Shown one piece after another: positions 17,601 through 25,616 of a stretch of DNA of 30,618 nt. The first letter of the stretch is position 1. The number at the start of each line of letters is the position of its first letter. The DNA lies in IMG/VR virus record IMGVR_UViG_3300020045_000637, positions 1 to 30,618 of that record. One strand, given 5' to 3'. This DNA is from a virus. Taxonomy: Duplodnaviria; Caudoviricetes. Made by a program: the position numbers and the translations under genes. The notes beneath the pieces are model-generated. The model saw only the letters and a list, made by a program, of their open reading frames with translations, was not told the DNA's origin and searched no databases.

Positions 17601-18173
17601 GATAAAGCCAGCATACGTGCTAGGAGAAGTTAGGATTGCTTGACCATAATCTTTAATGGCACCAGCTTTATCCCCCAAATCCCCACCATTAGTGAAAATA
17701 CTCCCCACACGGTCATAAACTTTATAAGCTTCCCCGTAAGCCATCTTAGTTTCATTGTCAGCAGCGTACACATCAACAGCTTCTTTGGCTGTATAAACTT
17801 CGTTAGAATTTAACCAACGCATGTGAGACATGAAAGCATCAAACGTCTCTTCGTCTGAAGCTGTCTTGTAATAGGTGTCCTTAGAAGCCACCATCATCTT
17901 ACGAATGGCGTCCATATCCTTGGGTGAAGCTAGGATGCTCTCTTTCGTTTCTGTCCCTGCATCTGAAACTTCAGGGAGGCCAAGCTCTTGAAAAAGAGAA
18001 GTGGGTTTAGCCTCCTTCCCCTCCACTTCCGCCTTCTTAACAGGGGGAGCCACCCCAAGTTCTTCAAACAAACTGGGCTTAACAATAGGGGAGGCTTTGG
18101 GAAGTGTTTGTGGTTGGCTGGGGGGGAGACCTGTTTGATCTTTAATCCCCAATTCTTCAAGTAAGCTGCCCAA
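14691..18173 (-). CDS. Large putative internal virion (ejection) protein, 1160 aa
   Basis: Long ORF, AGGAG RBS with TTG start, Ala/Gly-rich and helical-looking; last gene of the structural arm, as for podoviral ejectosome proteins. Confidence 0.7.
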   Translation of the reverse strand: MGSLLEELGIKDQTGLPPSQPQTLPKASPIVKPSLFEELGVAPPVKKAEVEGKEAKPTSLFQELGLPEVSDAGTETKESILASPKDMDAIRKMMVASKDTYYKTASDEETFDAFMSHMRWLNSNEVYTAKEAVDVYAADNETKMAYGEAYKVYDRVGSIFTNGGDLGDKAGAIKDYGQAILTSPSTYAGFIVGKLAGRAGTKATMEVSKELILQAAEAAAKQVAKKGGSQVAQKAIKREIVNAAVKVSTKRAVMGAAATEGLLANFQDTLYQDIMMETGAQEEFSYMQSAVSTLLGGSGAVTSLLGHKTLKGSSGLADAGKKIEEAKVKRSLGSNKAVAKDLKKSIKKVSSDWSELIKKSQGMGTNRELDDAIVNWFTDYKTDEGFGAILQRHGIVVKGTDDKTLSKNLIEYASGLDAAEREAISEAFEPLGVTFSQVVQLFKEKVNQAGWTNQRLSSLSKFTDDFKNVAVSNRAAATSVVKELGDTVDDDAAEMASDIINNAKPKTPVSGDKQALAYTMSVWKRMLVSHPATTIANVKGFGIAMAARTSAEALQMSTLYGAAGVKALMGSPTAGKTMGEANALLKNISYMTRMAVDPFTTVEAFHALLEQAPKKSQKRVAKQFFQGVDNKGAEAFGLNPQGVVVKKTEGLISLAQRLSFVNAQDVMTKSYSGMKELDKQTRLKFNMGIDEVLNSGRSHEITDDMWEHAIRALEEDTFSKDFRGKTGFWGSLADISQRVSAVPGLGFFYPFGQFVNSVIDFGVRYSPLALVPIASKVMKKQIDVDLGEKVSQMMVGTAMIGMLTHREADKREQGLQWNEERDDAGGVYKVDNLFPWGLYNLVGRISLEYDEGQGMSKDLLTAAAQQLSVPAALGDLGNPQVIRDMVEYIVSPATPDDDKNAFLDLMGYAANSIAPIAAGFSRPLDPLNKFVGAYSDAYGITSNATIDKKLSPGIEGTIQSFGRYTSTLFDVLLGEPNEEGKLVFGKPKHSATQAGEIRSGNVGAGIFGAQYAQRRTPIDKLLGMVNKAPFKADSFTSGDPEYDDWMNQNVNPILEREATRLLNNKMFMGLPMAGKMREVDTMLRNAREEVLSYLETSGGKGDKLIAERAKLLARPKNEREAAKEDLGIKTPFNKLNSAQIKMIQTKMKLNDEMYQKGIRQ

Positions 18174-18187
18174 AGACTATCTCCTAT

Positions 18188-19387
18188 TTACCTATTAGCT
18201 AGGTCGTTAAATTCTGAAACCGGGTGAGTTAGAAGCTTCCCTGTTTCTTGGATTTTATATGTAGCCGTACCATCCATATTATTAGAGACGAATACTAATG
18301 TAATAGTGTTACCTTTTCCGTCCACCGTAGTGATGTTGGGGACAGAAGGATTTTCCCCTGTCTCAGCAGCAGGCTCTGTTACAGGCCTTGGAGGGGCCTC
18401 TACAGCAGCACTAGCTTCTGGGGCATCCGTAGTGGCTTCTTCGGGAGGTGGCTCTGTAGCCCCCTCTGTAGGGGCTGTAGGAGCATCCATCCCAATAGGC
18501 AGACCCTCCTCATCCAGACGATACACAGAACGCAAATAGCTGAGGTAGTCTTCATTACCTGCAAATTGTTCTTCAACAGCTTTATAAGCAGCAGCACGAG
18601 AGGCTACGTTGAGGTCTTCCAAAGCTTCTGGGTTCTCGTCCGTATTATATATAGACGTTAGTTCTGTCCTAACATTCTCAAACTGTTCCTCAAACATTTT
18701 TTGGATAGTTGCCATGTCTGTAGGAGACAATGTTTTAGGACTTTTTGTAGCTACTTTCAAAGCATCAGGATCAACTGTAACGAAGCTGTCCCCACCCACC
18801 TTATTAGGACGAGGTGTATCACCTTGGGCAATAGCCTCTTCAGCAGTCATACCCGGAACAACTTCCGTCGTAGCTAGTTTAGCTCTAGCTTTGTCCATAG
18901 CATTACCACCAAAGGCTCTAGCCCAGATACTTCCCTCTGGGTCTTGTTTAAAGCCTTCTGGGTCTTCTTTAGCAGCTTGTACAATAGGCCCATAAATCTT
19001 GGAGAAGAATGTATTGAAGTCTTCATCAGGAGCTTGGAACGTACCACTAAGTTTGTAAACAGAACGAAAGAAATCTTCGTCTACAGGGACATTAGCCTCA
19101 AGACGAAGTTTCTCAACCTGTGTGTAAAAGTCACCAAGACCAGCAGGGTCCATATTAGCTTGAGCCATGATGATGTCCTTGGGCACCCCCATAGCTTGTA
19201 GACGCTTAGCTACACTAACACTCTCGTCAATCATAGCTGAGCTTCTACGTTTATTCTCAAGTCCTAGCGTTCTAGCTGTTTCAACTTGTTTATTGAAATA
19301 ATCTCTCGCATCGGCTTGCCGAGTGTCCATACCCTCAGAGACTTTATTAAAGAACCCTGTAGCAAAACCTTCTCCAAAAGCTCCCAT
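18188..19387 (-). CDS. Putative internal virion protein, 399 aa
   Basis: GAGGTG RBS; MGAFGEGFATGF N-terminus, Pro/Ala/Glu linker; position in the ejection-protein cluster. Confidence 0.65.
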   Translation of the reverse strand: MGAFGEGFATGFFNKVSEGMDTRQADARDYFNKQVETARTLGLENKRRSSAMIDESVSVAKRLQAMGVPKDIIMAQANMDPAGLGDFYTQVEKLRLEANVPVDEDFFRSVYKLSGTFQAPDEDFNTFFSKIYGPIVQAAKEDPEGFKQDPEGSIWARAFGGNAMDKARAKLATTEVVPGMTAEEAIAQGDTPRPNKVGGDSFVTVDPDALKVATKSPKTLSPTDMATIQKMFEEQFENVRTELTSIYNTDENPEALEDLNVASRAAAYKAVEEQFAGNEDYLSYLRSVYRLDEEGLPIGMDAPTAPTEGATEPPPEEATTDAPEASAAVEAPPRPVTEPAAETGENPSVPNITTVDGKGNTITLVFVSNNMDGTATYKIQETGKLLTHPVSEFNDLANR

Positions 19388-19914
19388 TATACACCTCGTC
19401 TCTTAATCAAAGGGGACTCAGCAGCCTCCTCTGTAGGATTATCCTGAGAGGCTGGCTCAGCCATTTCTTCGTCAGCTTGTGCTTGAACCTCTGGACTGAT
19501 CTCAGTAGGAGGGCCACCCAAGCTCTTCTCAAGCATAACCACTGTACGCTTCTTATCTTTCTCTTTAACCTTCTCTTCTTTAGAGGGTCCAGCAAACTCG
19601 ACAATAGGGATGTCAAGGGTTTCAGCTAAGGTCTTCAAGTGTTCATGCAGAACAGGAGAAATGAGAGTTTTCACATCAACTGAGTGATAACCCTCCATCA
19701 CTCCCACAGAGGTCATAGAGTCTACAAGGATTTCCAAAGGAAACTCTTGTTCAAGGGAGAACATCAGATCATCGACAATCTCTGGGTCTTCCATCTTTTG
19801 AAAGTAGAACCCAAGAGCTTCCTCTGGCGTATTATAAAGAGGGGGTTGTTCCCAAGGAGCATTCCCCGGCTCTTTCGTCAATGACATTCCGGCGATAGGT
19901 GCTCTTAGGTCCAT
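19387..19914 (-). CDS. Conserved virion-associated protein, 175 aa
   Basis: APIAGMSLTKEPGNAPWEQPP N-terminus; TAATG coupling on both sides. Confidence 0.7.
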   Translation of the reverse strand: MDLRAPIAGMSLTKEPGNAPWEQPPLYNTPEEALGFYFQKMEDPEIVDDLMFSLEQEFPLEILVDSMTSVGVMEGYHSVDVKTLISPVLHEHLKTLAETLDIPIVEFAGPSKEEKVKEKDKKRTVVMLEKSLGGPPTEISPEVQAQADEEMAEPASQDNPTEEAAESPLIKRRGV

Positions 19915-20804
19915 TATTTACCACGTCTCTTAATTAAGGGAGATTTCTTAGGGGCTACAAAAGATATTTCCCCATCATCTGAGAGAGGAGGAAGTCCTGT
20001 AGCAATCGAATAGATTTTATCTGCATAAGCAGGGTCTGTAGCATAGCCTGAACGGCCTAGTGCTTGGATTTGCTCTTCTAGGGAAGTAGCCTCTCTCATA
20101 AGTTTGTATCGAGGATTTTCCATAAGGAACTCTCCATACCCTCTCACGCTATCTGCGGGAGAATCGTATTGACGAAAAGAGGCATTTTCTGTAACAGTTT
20201 TACCGTTAACAACTTCTTTAGTAGACATTGTAGCACCACCACCCTTACCATGAGATTTAACCCCAAAGTAATTGTTGTTAGGTGCAGACTTTCCCCAACC
20301 GCTTTCTAGAGCAGCTTGAGCGACAATGATACGAGGATCAACACCTGTAGCTTTACCCACCTCAATAGCTGTAGGGTAGATAGCTGCAATGAAATCCTCT
20401 TTTCCCCCTAGGTCAATTGTACCTTTGTTAGCAGAGAGCTTTCTGTCAGGACCATAAGTGGAGGGAGTGTCACCACGTTTCTCGTAGAGCTTATCCCTAT
20501 TTGACTTATCTTTGGCCTCAGCTTCAGCATCTTTCCTAGCTTGGGTTTTATTATCAATGGCAGCAGAAGCTGCATCAGCCAATCCAGCAGCAAAACCCCC
20601 AGAAGCTTTAGGTGTCTTCAAATCAGCCGAAGCAGCTTTAATCTGCTTAAGCCATTCTTTAGGACGATCAGCCAAGTCTCTGGAGTCTTCCGTAGGGGTA
20701 TTCATTCGTTGTGGAACAAATCCTGTAGCTTTTACAACCTTCTTAACAGGCTCTTCAGCAAACACTTCTCTACGTAGTTTTTCTAAGCTTTGAAAATAAT
20801 CCAT
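19914..20804 (-). CDS. Virion-associated peptidoglycan hydrolase with GH73 / FlgJ-type glucosaminidase domain
   Basis: AQAALESGWG, NNYFGVK, FRQYDS, NPRY, GYATDPAYADK. Confidence 0.88.
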   Translation of the reverse strand: MDYFQSLEKLRREVFAEEPVKKVVKATGFVPQRMNTPTEDSRDLADRPKEWLKQIKAASADLKTPKASGGFAAGLADAASAAIDNKTQARKDAEAEAKDKSNRDKLYEKRGDTPSTYGPDRKLSANKGTIDLGGKEDFIAAIYPTAIEVGKATGVDPRIIVAQAALESGWGKSAPNNNYFGVKSHGKGGGATMSTKEVVNGKTVTENASFRQYDSPADSVRGYGEFLMENPRYKLMREATSLEEQIQALGRSGYATDPAYADKIYSIATGLPPLSDDGEISFVAPKKSPLIKRRGK

Positions 20805-22408
20805 TACCCAAAAATCCCATTCACGACAGAACCGACGAGGCCGCCAAGAGCTTGTCCCATAGCACCTTTGCTGGATTGCTTAGCGTTATACTTAGCCATC
20901 ACCATTTCATGTGCCCTGTTCTTAGAGTTCTCAGACGACTCGTATGCAAACGAATAGAAGTCTCTCTCTCGTTGCATTTGGTTGTTATAAGCAGCCAAGG
21001 TCATCCCTGTAGCTTGTTGAGCGTTAATCCTGTTAGCTTCGTTAGCATTCTCGTTATTAGCAGTGGTGACACTACGACGCCATGTAGCATTCGATTGATC
21101 AATCACAAGTCTATTAGAAGCGTTAAACTGGTCTCTTGCATCGTTCATCTGACGATTGAACATGCCAACAGTGTTCTTTTGCTCAACATTGAACTGAGAC
21201 ATAGCGTTCTGTTGAGAGGCGTTAAACTGAGACACTTGACTTTTAAGACTAGCAAAGAATTGGTCTGTTTGACTTTGGCTAGTAGCATTGAATTGCTTAG
21301 TAGCATTCTCAGCAGCTTGGTCAGTGAACAACCCCTGAATAATGCTCTGACTTTTGAACATATTCATTTGGTTGTCAGCGTCTAGGTTTGCCAAATCCAT
21401 TTGCAGGAAAGCTTGAGCATTCTGTAGACGAGCTTGCTGACGGTTATTTAGGTTCTGCATCTCAAATGAGGAGAACGTGGCAGCATCCTGAGCAGCAATA
21501 CTAATTGCACTTTCCATAGCAGCTTGGGTAACAGCCCCACCAGCCATAGAAGAGGCACCTAGACCTCTAGCAGCCATAATAGCATTGGCATTACGAATAG
21601 CACCAGCAGCCCAAGGAGGTGTAGCACCCCCCTCAAACTGCTTCATCAACTTTTCCATCTGTCCAGCAACTGTGGCATCAGACGAAGGAAGGGCTGTAGC
21701 AGCCTCTGCAAGGGCACCACTACTCACTGTACCATGTACAGCTGACATATCTTCTGTGGCTGTCTTAATGTCCCCAGACACTGTAGAGGTGTCTACTGTA
21801 GGAGCAGCCGTAACTGTAGGGGCTGTAGCTGTTGCTGTCGTATCTGCTGTAGAAGCCGTCACATCAGGCTTGACCGCCACTGATCCAGCCTCTCTGTCAA
21901 CAAGCTCACTGTCAGACACAACCATAGGAGTGGTATCCACTTTAGTGATATACTCGTCTGGGTTAGCAACCATATCAGCCGTAGTAACGGCACCTGTAGA
22001 AGTTGTACTAGGTGTCACCACAGGATTGACAGTGGAGGTAGTCTTCCCTTTACTATCTGTATTGGTGGTAGTAATACCTGTGACAGTGGCGGGGAGAGTG
22101 GTATCTCCCGGAATACCTGTTGTAGGAGTGGTGGGAGTGGTGGGGGTTGTAGTGGTGGTAGTGGGATTAAAGGCAATAGGGATATTTTTTAGTTTCTCAC
22201 TAACAACACCACCTTCTGCAAACCCCCTTTTTTCAGAGGCACTAGCCACCATCTCTTTTGCCTTGCTTTCGTAAGCATGAAATTTCTGAGAATTAGCAGG
22301 GTCAGATTTTAGATAGTTAGCAAACTGGTCCATTGGTCCTTTAAAGCCCATCTTACGAGCAAGAACCTCTGTCTGTTCACCAGTGAAGCCTCCAAACTGT
22401 TTAGCCAT
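20804..22408 (-). CDS. Putative internal virion protein, 534 aa (Thr-rich region, Gln/Asn/Ala-rich helical repeats)
   Basis: GFAEGG motif, TTPTTPTT tract, QFNA repeats, Gly-rich hydrophobic C-terminus. Confidence 0.7.
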   Translation of the reverse strand: MAKQFGGFTGEQTEVLARKMGFKGPMDQFANYLKSDPANSQKFHAYESKAKEMVASASEKRGFAEGGVVSEKLKNIPIAFNPTTTTTTPTTPTTPTTGIPGDTTLPATVTGITTTNTDSKGKTTSTVNPVVTPSTTSTGAVTTADMVANPDEYITKVDTTPMVVSDSELVDREAGSVAVKPDVTASTADTTATATAPTVTAAPTVDTSTVSGDIKTATEDMSAVHGTVSSGALAEAATALPSSDATVAGQMEKLMKQFEGGATPPWAAGAIRNANAIMAARGLGASSMAGGAVTQAAMESAISIAAQDAATFSSFEMQNLNNRQQARLQNAQAFLQMDLANLDADNQMNMFKSQSIIQGLFTDQAAENATKQFNATSQSQTDQFFASLKSQVSQFNASQQNAMSQFNVEQKNTVGMFNRQMNDARDQFNASNRLVIDQSNATWRRSVTTANNENANEANRINAQQATGMTLAAYNNQMQRERDFYSFAYESSENSKNRAHEMVMAKYNAKQSSKGAMGQALGGLVGSVVNGIFG

Positions 22409-22409
22409 A

Positions 22410-22598
22410 TTACCCTCTCTTACAAACTGTTAGCATAGAAAGGTCTAACGTATTAAGCCATTCTAGGAAGGCTCTCGAAGAACCTGTTGGATCGGGCATA
22501 TCTAATCTAGCCCCTTGGTAAACACTACAAGCTGCCCCAATCGTCACCCCTGCGGCGCAGGCGGTCAACAAGATCGCTATCAGAAACCCCGTTAACAT
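22410..22598 (-). CDS. o-spanin (outer-membrane lipoprotein); start probably the ATG at 22598
   Basis: Signal peptide and lipobox MLTGFLIAILLTA-C; overlaps the 3' end of the i-spanin in another frame. Confidence 0.75.
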   Translation of the reverse strand: MLTGFLIAILLTACAAGVTIGAACSVYQGARLDMPDPTGSSRAFLEWLNTLDLSMLTVCKRG

Positions 22599-22803
22599 CT
22601 CTTTTCTCTCTGTAAGCAGCTTCACGAGCTTTCTCCAATTTCTTAACATCATCCCTCAGAGCCTCTGTAAGGGCCTCTGAGGCCCCTCCTCTCTTCTTGG
22701 ACCATCCGTATGCAAAAAGACCTAGCAACGCTGTAAGGGCCATCCCAAGCAGTGTGAGGGCCTTTGTGTAACCACTAATCAGAAACTTCAGGAACAAATA
22801 CAT
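22525..22803 (-). CDS. i-spanin
   Basis: N-terminal TM helix followed by a charged helical domain; overlapped by a lipoprotein gene. Confidence 0.75.
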   Translation of the reverse strand: MYLFLKFLISGYTKALTLLGMALTALLGLFAYGWSKKRGGASEALTEALRDDVKKLEKAREAAYREKRDVNGVSDSDLVDRLRRRGDDWGSL

Positions 22804-23041
22804 CTTTTACACCCTTCACTTGTTTTGAAGTCCAACCTTTAGCCCATGCGAGTAGAGCTAGTCCAGCAGCAACGACAGGAGTGAGAAGGCCAGTCAAGAC
22901 GTAGATAGAAAATGGGTGGGGGTCAAACATTCCTGTTGACGGGTCAAATTCAGCTAAACCCATGAGTTTTGCCAAGCTAGCTAGTCCAATAACGATACCC
23001 GTAGCATAGGCTGTACCACGAGTTTTGGATAGATTATTCAT
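22775..23041 (-). CDS. Putative holin (two TM helices, basic C-terminal region)
   Basis: Two hydrophobic segments; located between endolysin and spanins; AGGA RBS. Confidence 0.65.
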   Translation of the reverse strand: MNNLSKTRGTAYATGIVIGLASLAKLMGLAEFDPSTGMFDPHPFSIYVLTGLLTPVVAAGLALLAWAKGWTSKQVKGVKDVFVPEVSD

Positions 23042-23057
23042 AGTTTAGTCCTATGTG

Positions 23058-23110
23058 AATATTTATTTTTTCTAACCCCTTGACAAGGGCGATTTTCTGA
23101 CTATATATAA
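23058..23110 (+). promoter_or_regulatory. Sigma70-like promoter oriented antisense to the late operon
   Basis: AATATTTATT (23058-67), TTGACA (23080-85), TATATA at 16 or 18 nt spacing (23102 or 23104). Confidence 0.5.
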
Positions 23111-23172
23111 CTAGGGGTTAAAAATTATTATGCCGCCCTTAGAATATATAATATTAATATAACGACATAGTA

Positions 23173-23748
23173 TTATGTCTTCTTGAGTAATAGTTGCATC
23201 AATGATGCAAACCATCCCTTAGCTTTGGTGATAGGAGGAGCAGGGGTTGAAGGTTGTGCCTTCACTGCCCTGACTGCCTCTAAGAAAGCCTCTACTGAGA
23301 CGTGTGACTTATTTAGTCCGTCCCCTGCGTAGAAACTCCTCCCCCTCTTCGGACCTGTGACAACAGGTAGACTAGCCCACTCTCTAGCTAGGTTATTAGC
23401 AAATTCTTCTGCTGTCAAACCCCCTGCTAAATATTTATCCAATCCCCTTCGTTTTAACAACACTGTTGCTAAAGCGTCTTGGTTAGCCTCATTAAATAGA
23501 GCTGATGTTAATAGCCCCGCAGCAGGTGGGAGGGGTCGTAATGTGTCTTCCATAATTTGATATCGTCCAGCAGCTTCACTGTTATACTTTTTATCAATGG
23601 AGTCTTGCCAATCCAATACCTCTTTAATCGTCATCTTTGTTAAGGGTTTTTTAGGACGATCAGTTTTAGATATCCCTCCCCATACGATATTGTAGTCGCC
23701 ACCACTCTCAGGCTGAGAAATAAAGTCTAGTAAGGGACGGACATTCAT
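23173..23748 (-). CDS. Endolysin (lysozyme-like fold, lambda R / GH104-like transglycosylase)
   Basis: ESGGDYN, AAGRYQIM, NQD, EWASLP motifs. Confidence 0.85.
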   Translation of the reverse strand: MNVRPLLDFISQPESGGDYNIVWGGISKTDRPKKPLTKMTIKEVLDWQDSIDKKYNSEAAGRYQIMEDTLRPLPPAAGLLTSALFNEANQDALATVLLKRRGLDKYLAGGLTAEEFANNLAREWASLPVVTGPKRGRSFYAGDGLNKSHVSVEAFLEAVRAVKAQPSTPAPPITKAKGWFASLMQLLLKKT

Positions 23749-23975
23749 TTCATCATCCTCTCAATTAAACGGTCAAGTTTGCTATTCATATCTCTTAGCA
23801 TCCCATGTGTCTCGTCTCTACTACGTTGATGAGCAGCTTGGTCAGCGTCTCGTTGGGTCTGAAGCCTAGTCAATTCCTTATCATGCTCAGAAGTTTTACT
23901 TTCTAGGCGGACAATAAAGAAGATAGCAGCTATAGCTGCAACAAAAGGCTGCCAATAAGTTAATACTACTTCCAC
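23745..23975 (-). CDS. Small membrane-anchored coiled-coil protein (lysis-associated, holin/antiholin-like)
   Basis: N-terminal TM segment, then a charged helix ending KLDRLIE; ATGA coupling to the endolysin. Confidence 0.6.
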   Translation of the reverse strand: MEVVLTYWQPFVAAIAAIFFIVRLESKTSEHDKELTRLQTQRDADQAAHQRSRDETHGMLRDMNSKLDRLIERMMK

Positions 23976-23978
23976 AAC

Positions 23979-25616
23979 TTACTCCCACATAATCGAGACA
24001 GCACCATTGTCAAAAGTGTTGGTCCCATCTCTGGTGAGACGTACTTGTGTCAAAGCTGCACCAAGATTTATAGAACCACCACCTGTAGCAGTGCGAGCTG
24101 ATGTGCCTGTTACGTGGGAAGATACCCAACTGTTTGATCCAACAGCAGACCTCGTGAGTGTAAAATGTCCAGACATGAGTTCAGAAGCAGTGTTTGTAGC
24201 TACCAAAAAACCACTTGAAGAAGAGGCATAAGTGCCCCCACCACCAGTAGAAACAAAACCCCCACCAAGATACCCTGTGGTGACGAAACCTCCACTAGTT
24301 CCAAGTTGTACTAGATAGTTATCTGTCCCGGACAAAGAGACGCTAGTAAAGATTAGTGTAACACGTTTTACTGTAGAAGGGATACCTGTAAAGTCAAAAG
24401 CTGTCCCAGTTGCAGTAGACAAACTTGCCGACTGTGTAATCTTTTGAGCTATGATCGTAGCATTAAGTTTGTCAGGAGAGATAACACTTTCGTTTGTGCT
24501 AACACCTGCATCCCATGTAGCTTGTAGTTGTGTTACCCCAGAGATGGTTGGATCACCCGCAGCCCCATCCCCATTAGCGATTGTAACACCAGTATTAGCA
24601 GTTACATCAATAGTCCTAGTAGTGAAGGTGTTAGCAGCAGTTTCTACGACAATCCCCGGAGTGACGGAGAGAGACGACAGTCCTGTTAGTCGAGCATTAA
24701 CAGCTTGGGCACCAATTTCAGCTAGTGTCCAAGTTAGAGCAGTCGAACCATCGACAGCTTTACCTGTAGAACCTAGGGTGAAAATTCTAGAGGTTCCCCA
24801 CGAAGCTGTGGTGATATTTGCTACACCACTAAACAGTGTCCCATTAATCGTTCTGGGGGTCTCTAAAGCAGTGGCTGTAGCAGCATTAATAGCCCAACTA
24901 CCGCTGGCGTTAACGCCTGTCTTAGTGGGAGCATCATCGGCAATCTGAGCAACGACATACGCTGTTGTAGCAATCTGTGTAGTGTTTGTATTAGTTGCAG
25001 GAGTAGGAGCCAGAGGGATGCCTGTAAATGTGGGACTGGATGCGAAGACTAATGCTCCTGTTCCTGTCTCATCCGTCAACGCAGCTGCCATTTGGGCTGA
25101 AGAAGCTATAAAAGTGTTATTAGTAAGGTTAATAGTTTTACCTGTTAGGGTCTGTGTATTAGTCCCTGTAGTGACTGCTACACCTCCCACTGTCGCTGAG
25201 GCTAGCGTAGCTGCCCCAGAAGTAGATAGCGTTGTAAAGGCCCCTGAAGAGGGTGTGGTAGCCCCAATAGTAGTGGCATCCATAGTCCCTGCGTTAATAT
25301 CTACGGTGTCAGCTACTAACGCATCTACATTAGCTATCCCTGTGATATAAAGGTCTTTAAACTCTTTTCCAACAGCTCCCAAGTCTAGTGTGTTGTCTGT
25401 CTTAGGTGTAACAGAAGAAGCAGATACGATTAGGTCTTGAGCTGGACCAACAACTGTGATTGGACTTCCTTCCCCCACTGAGCCATTATGTCGATGCCCG
25501 CCCACAGAGGTGAAGGCTGAAGTGATTGCATCGAACTCTTGGTCCAGAGGGATGGCGTCAATAGTGTTGCCATTAGCAATTTGGTCAGTTACATCTTGGC
25601 GCACATATCCGGTTAT
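23979..25616 (-). CDS. Tail fibre protein; probable ATA start at 25616 (ORF track starts at GTG 25604)
   Basis: (M)TGYVRQ N-terminus, GHRHNG, Thr/Gly/Ala-rich fibre repeats, TATALETPRTING motif, beta-rich C-terminal domain. Confidence 0.85.
   Translation of the reverse strand: MTGYVRQDVTDQIANGNTIDAIPLDQEFDAITSAFTSVGGHRHNGSVGEGSPITVVGPAQDLIVSASSVTPKTDNTLDLGAVGKEFKDLYITGIANVDALVADTVDINAGTMDATTIGATTPSSGAFTTLSTSGAATLASATVGGVAVTTGTNTQTLTGKTINLTNNTFIASSAQMAAALTDETGTGALVFASSPTFTGIPLAPTPATNTNTTQIATTAYVVAQIADDAPTKTGVNASGSWAINAATATALETPRTINGTLFSGVANITTASWGTSRIFTLGSTGKAVDGSTALTWTLAEIGAQAVNARLTGLSSLSVTPGIVVETAANTFTTRTIDVTANTGVTIANGDGAAGDPTISGVTQLQATWDAGVSTNESVISPDKLNATIIAQKITQSASLSTATGTAFDFTGIPSTVKRVTLIFTSVSLSGTDNYLVQLGTSGGFVTTGYLGGGFVSTGGGGTYASSSSGFLVATNTASELMSGHFTLTRSAVGSNSWVSSHVTGTSARTATGGGSINLGAALTQVRLTRDGTNTFDNGAVSIMWE

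Noticed and set aside
22115-22165. Short GTGGGAGTG-type tandem repeats
   Set aside because: They encode the TTPTTP low-complexity tract; not CRISPR, as there are no spacers or cas genes.
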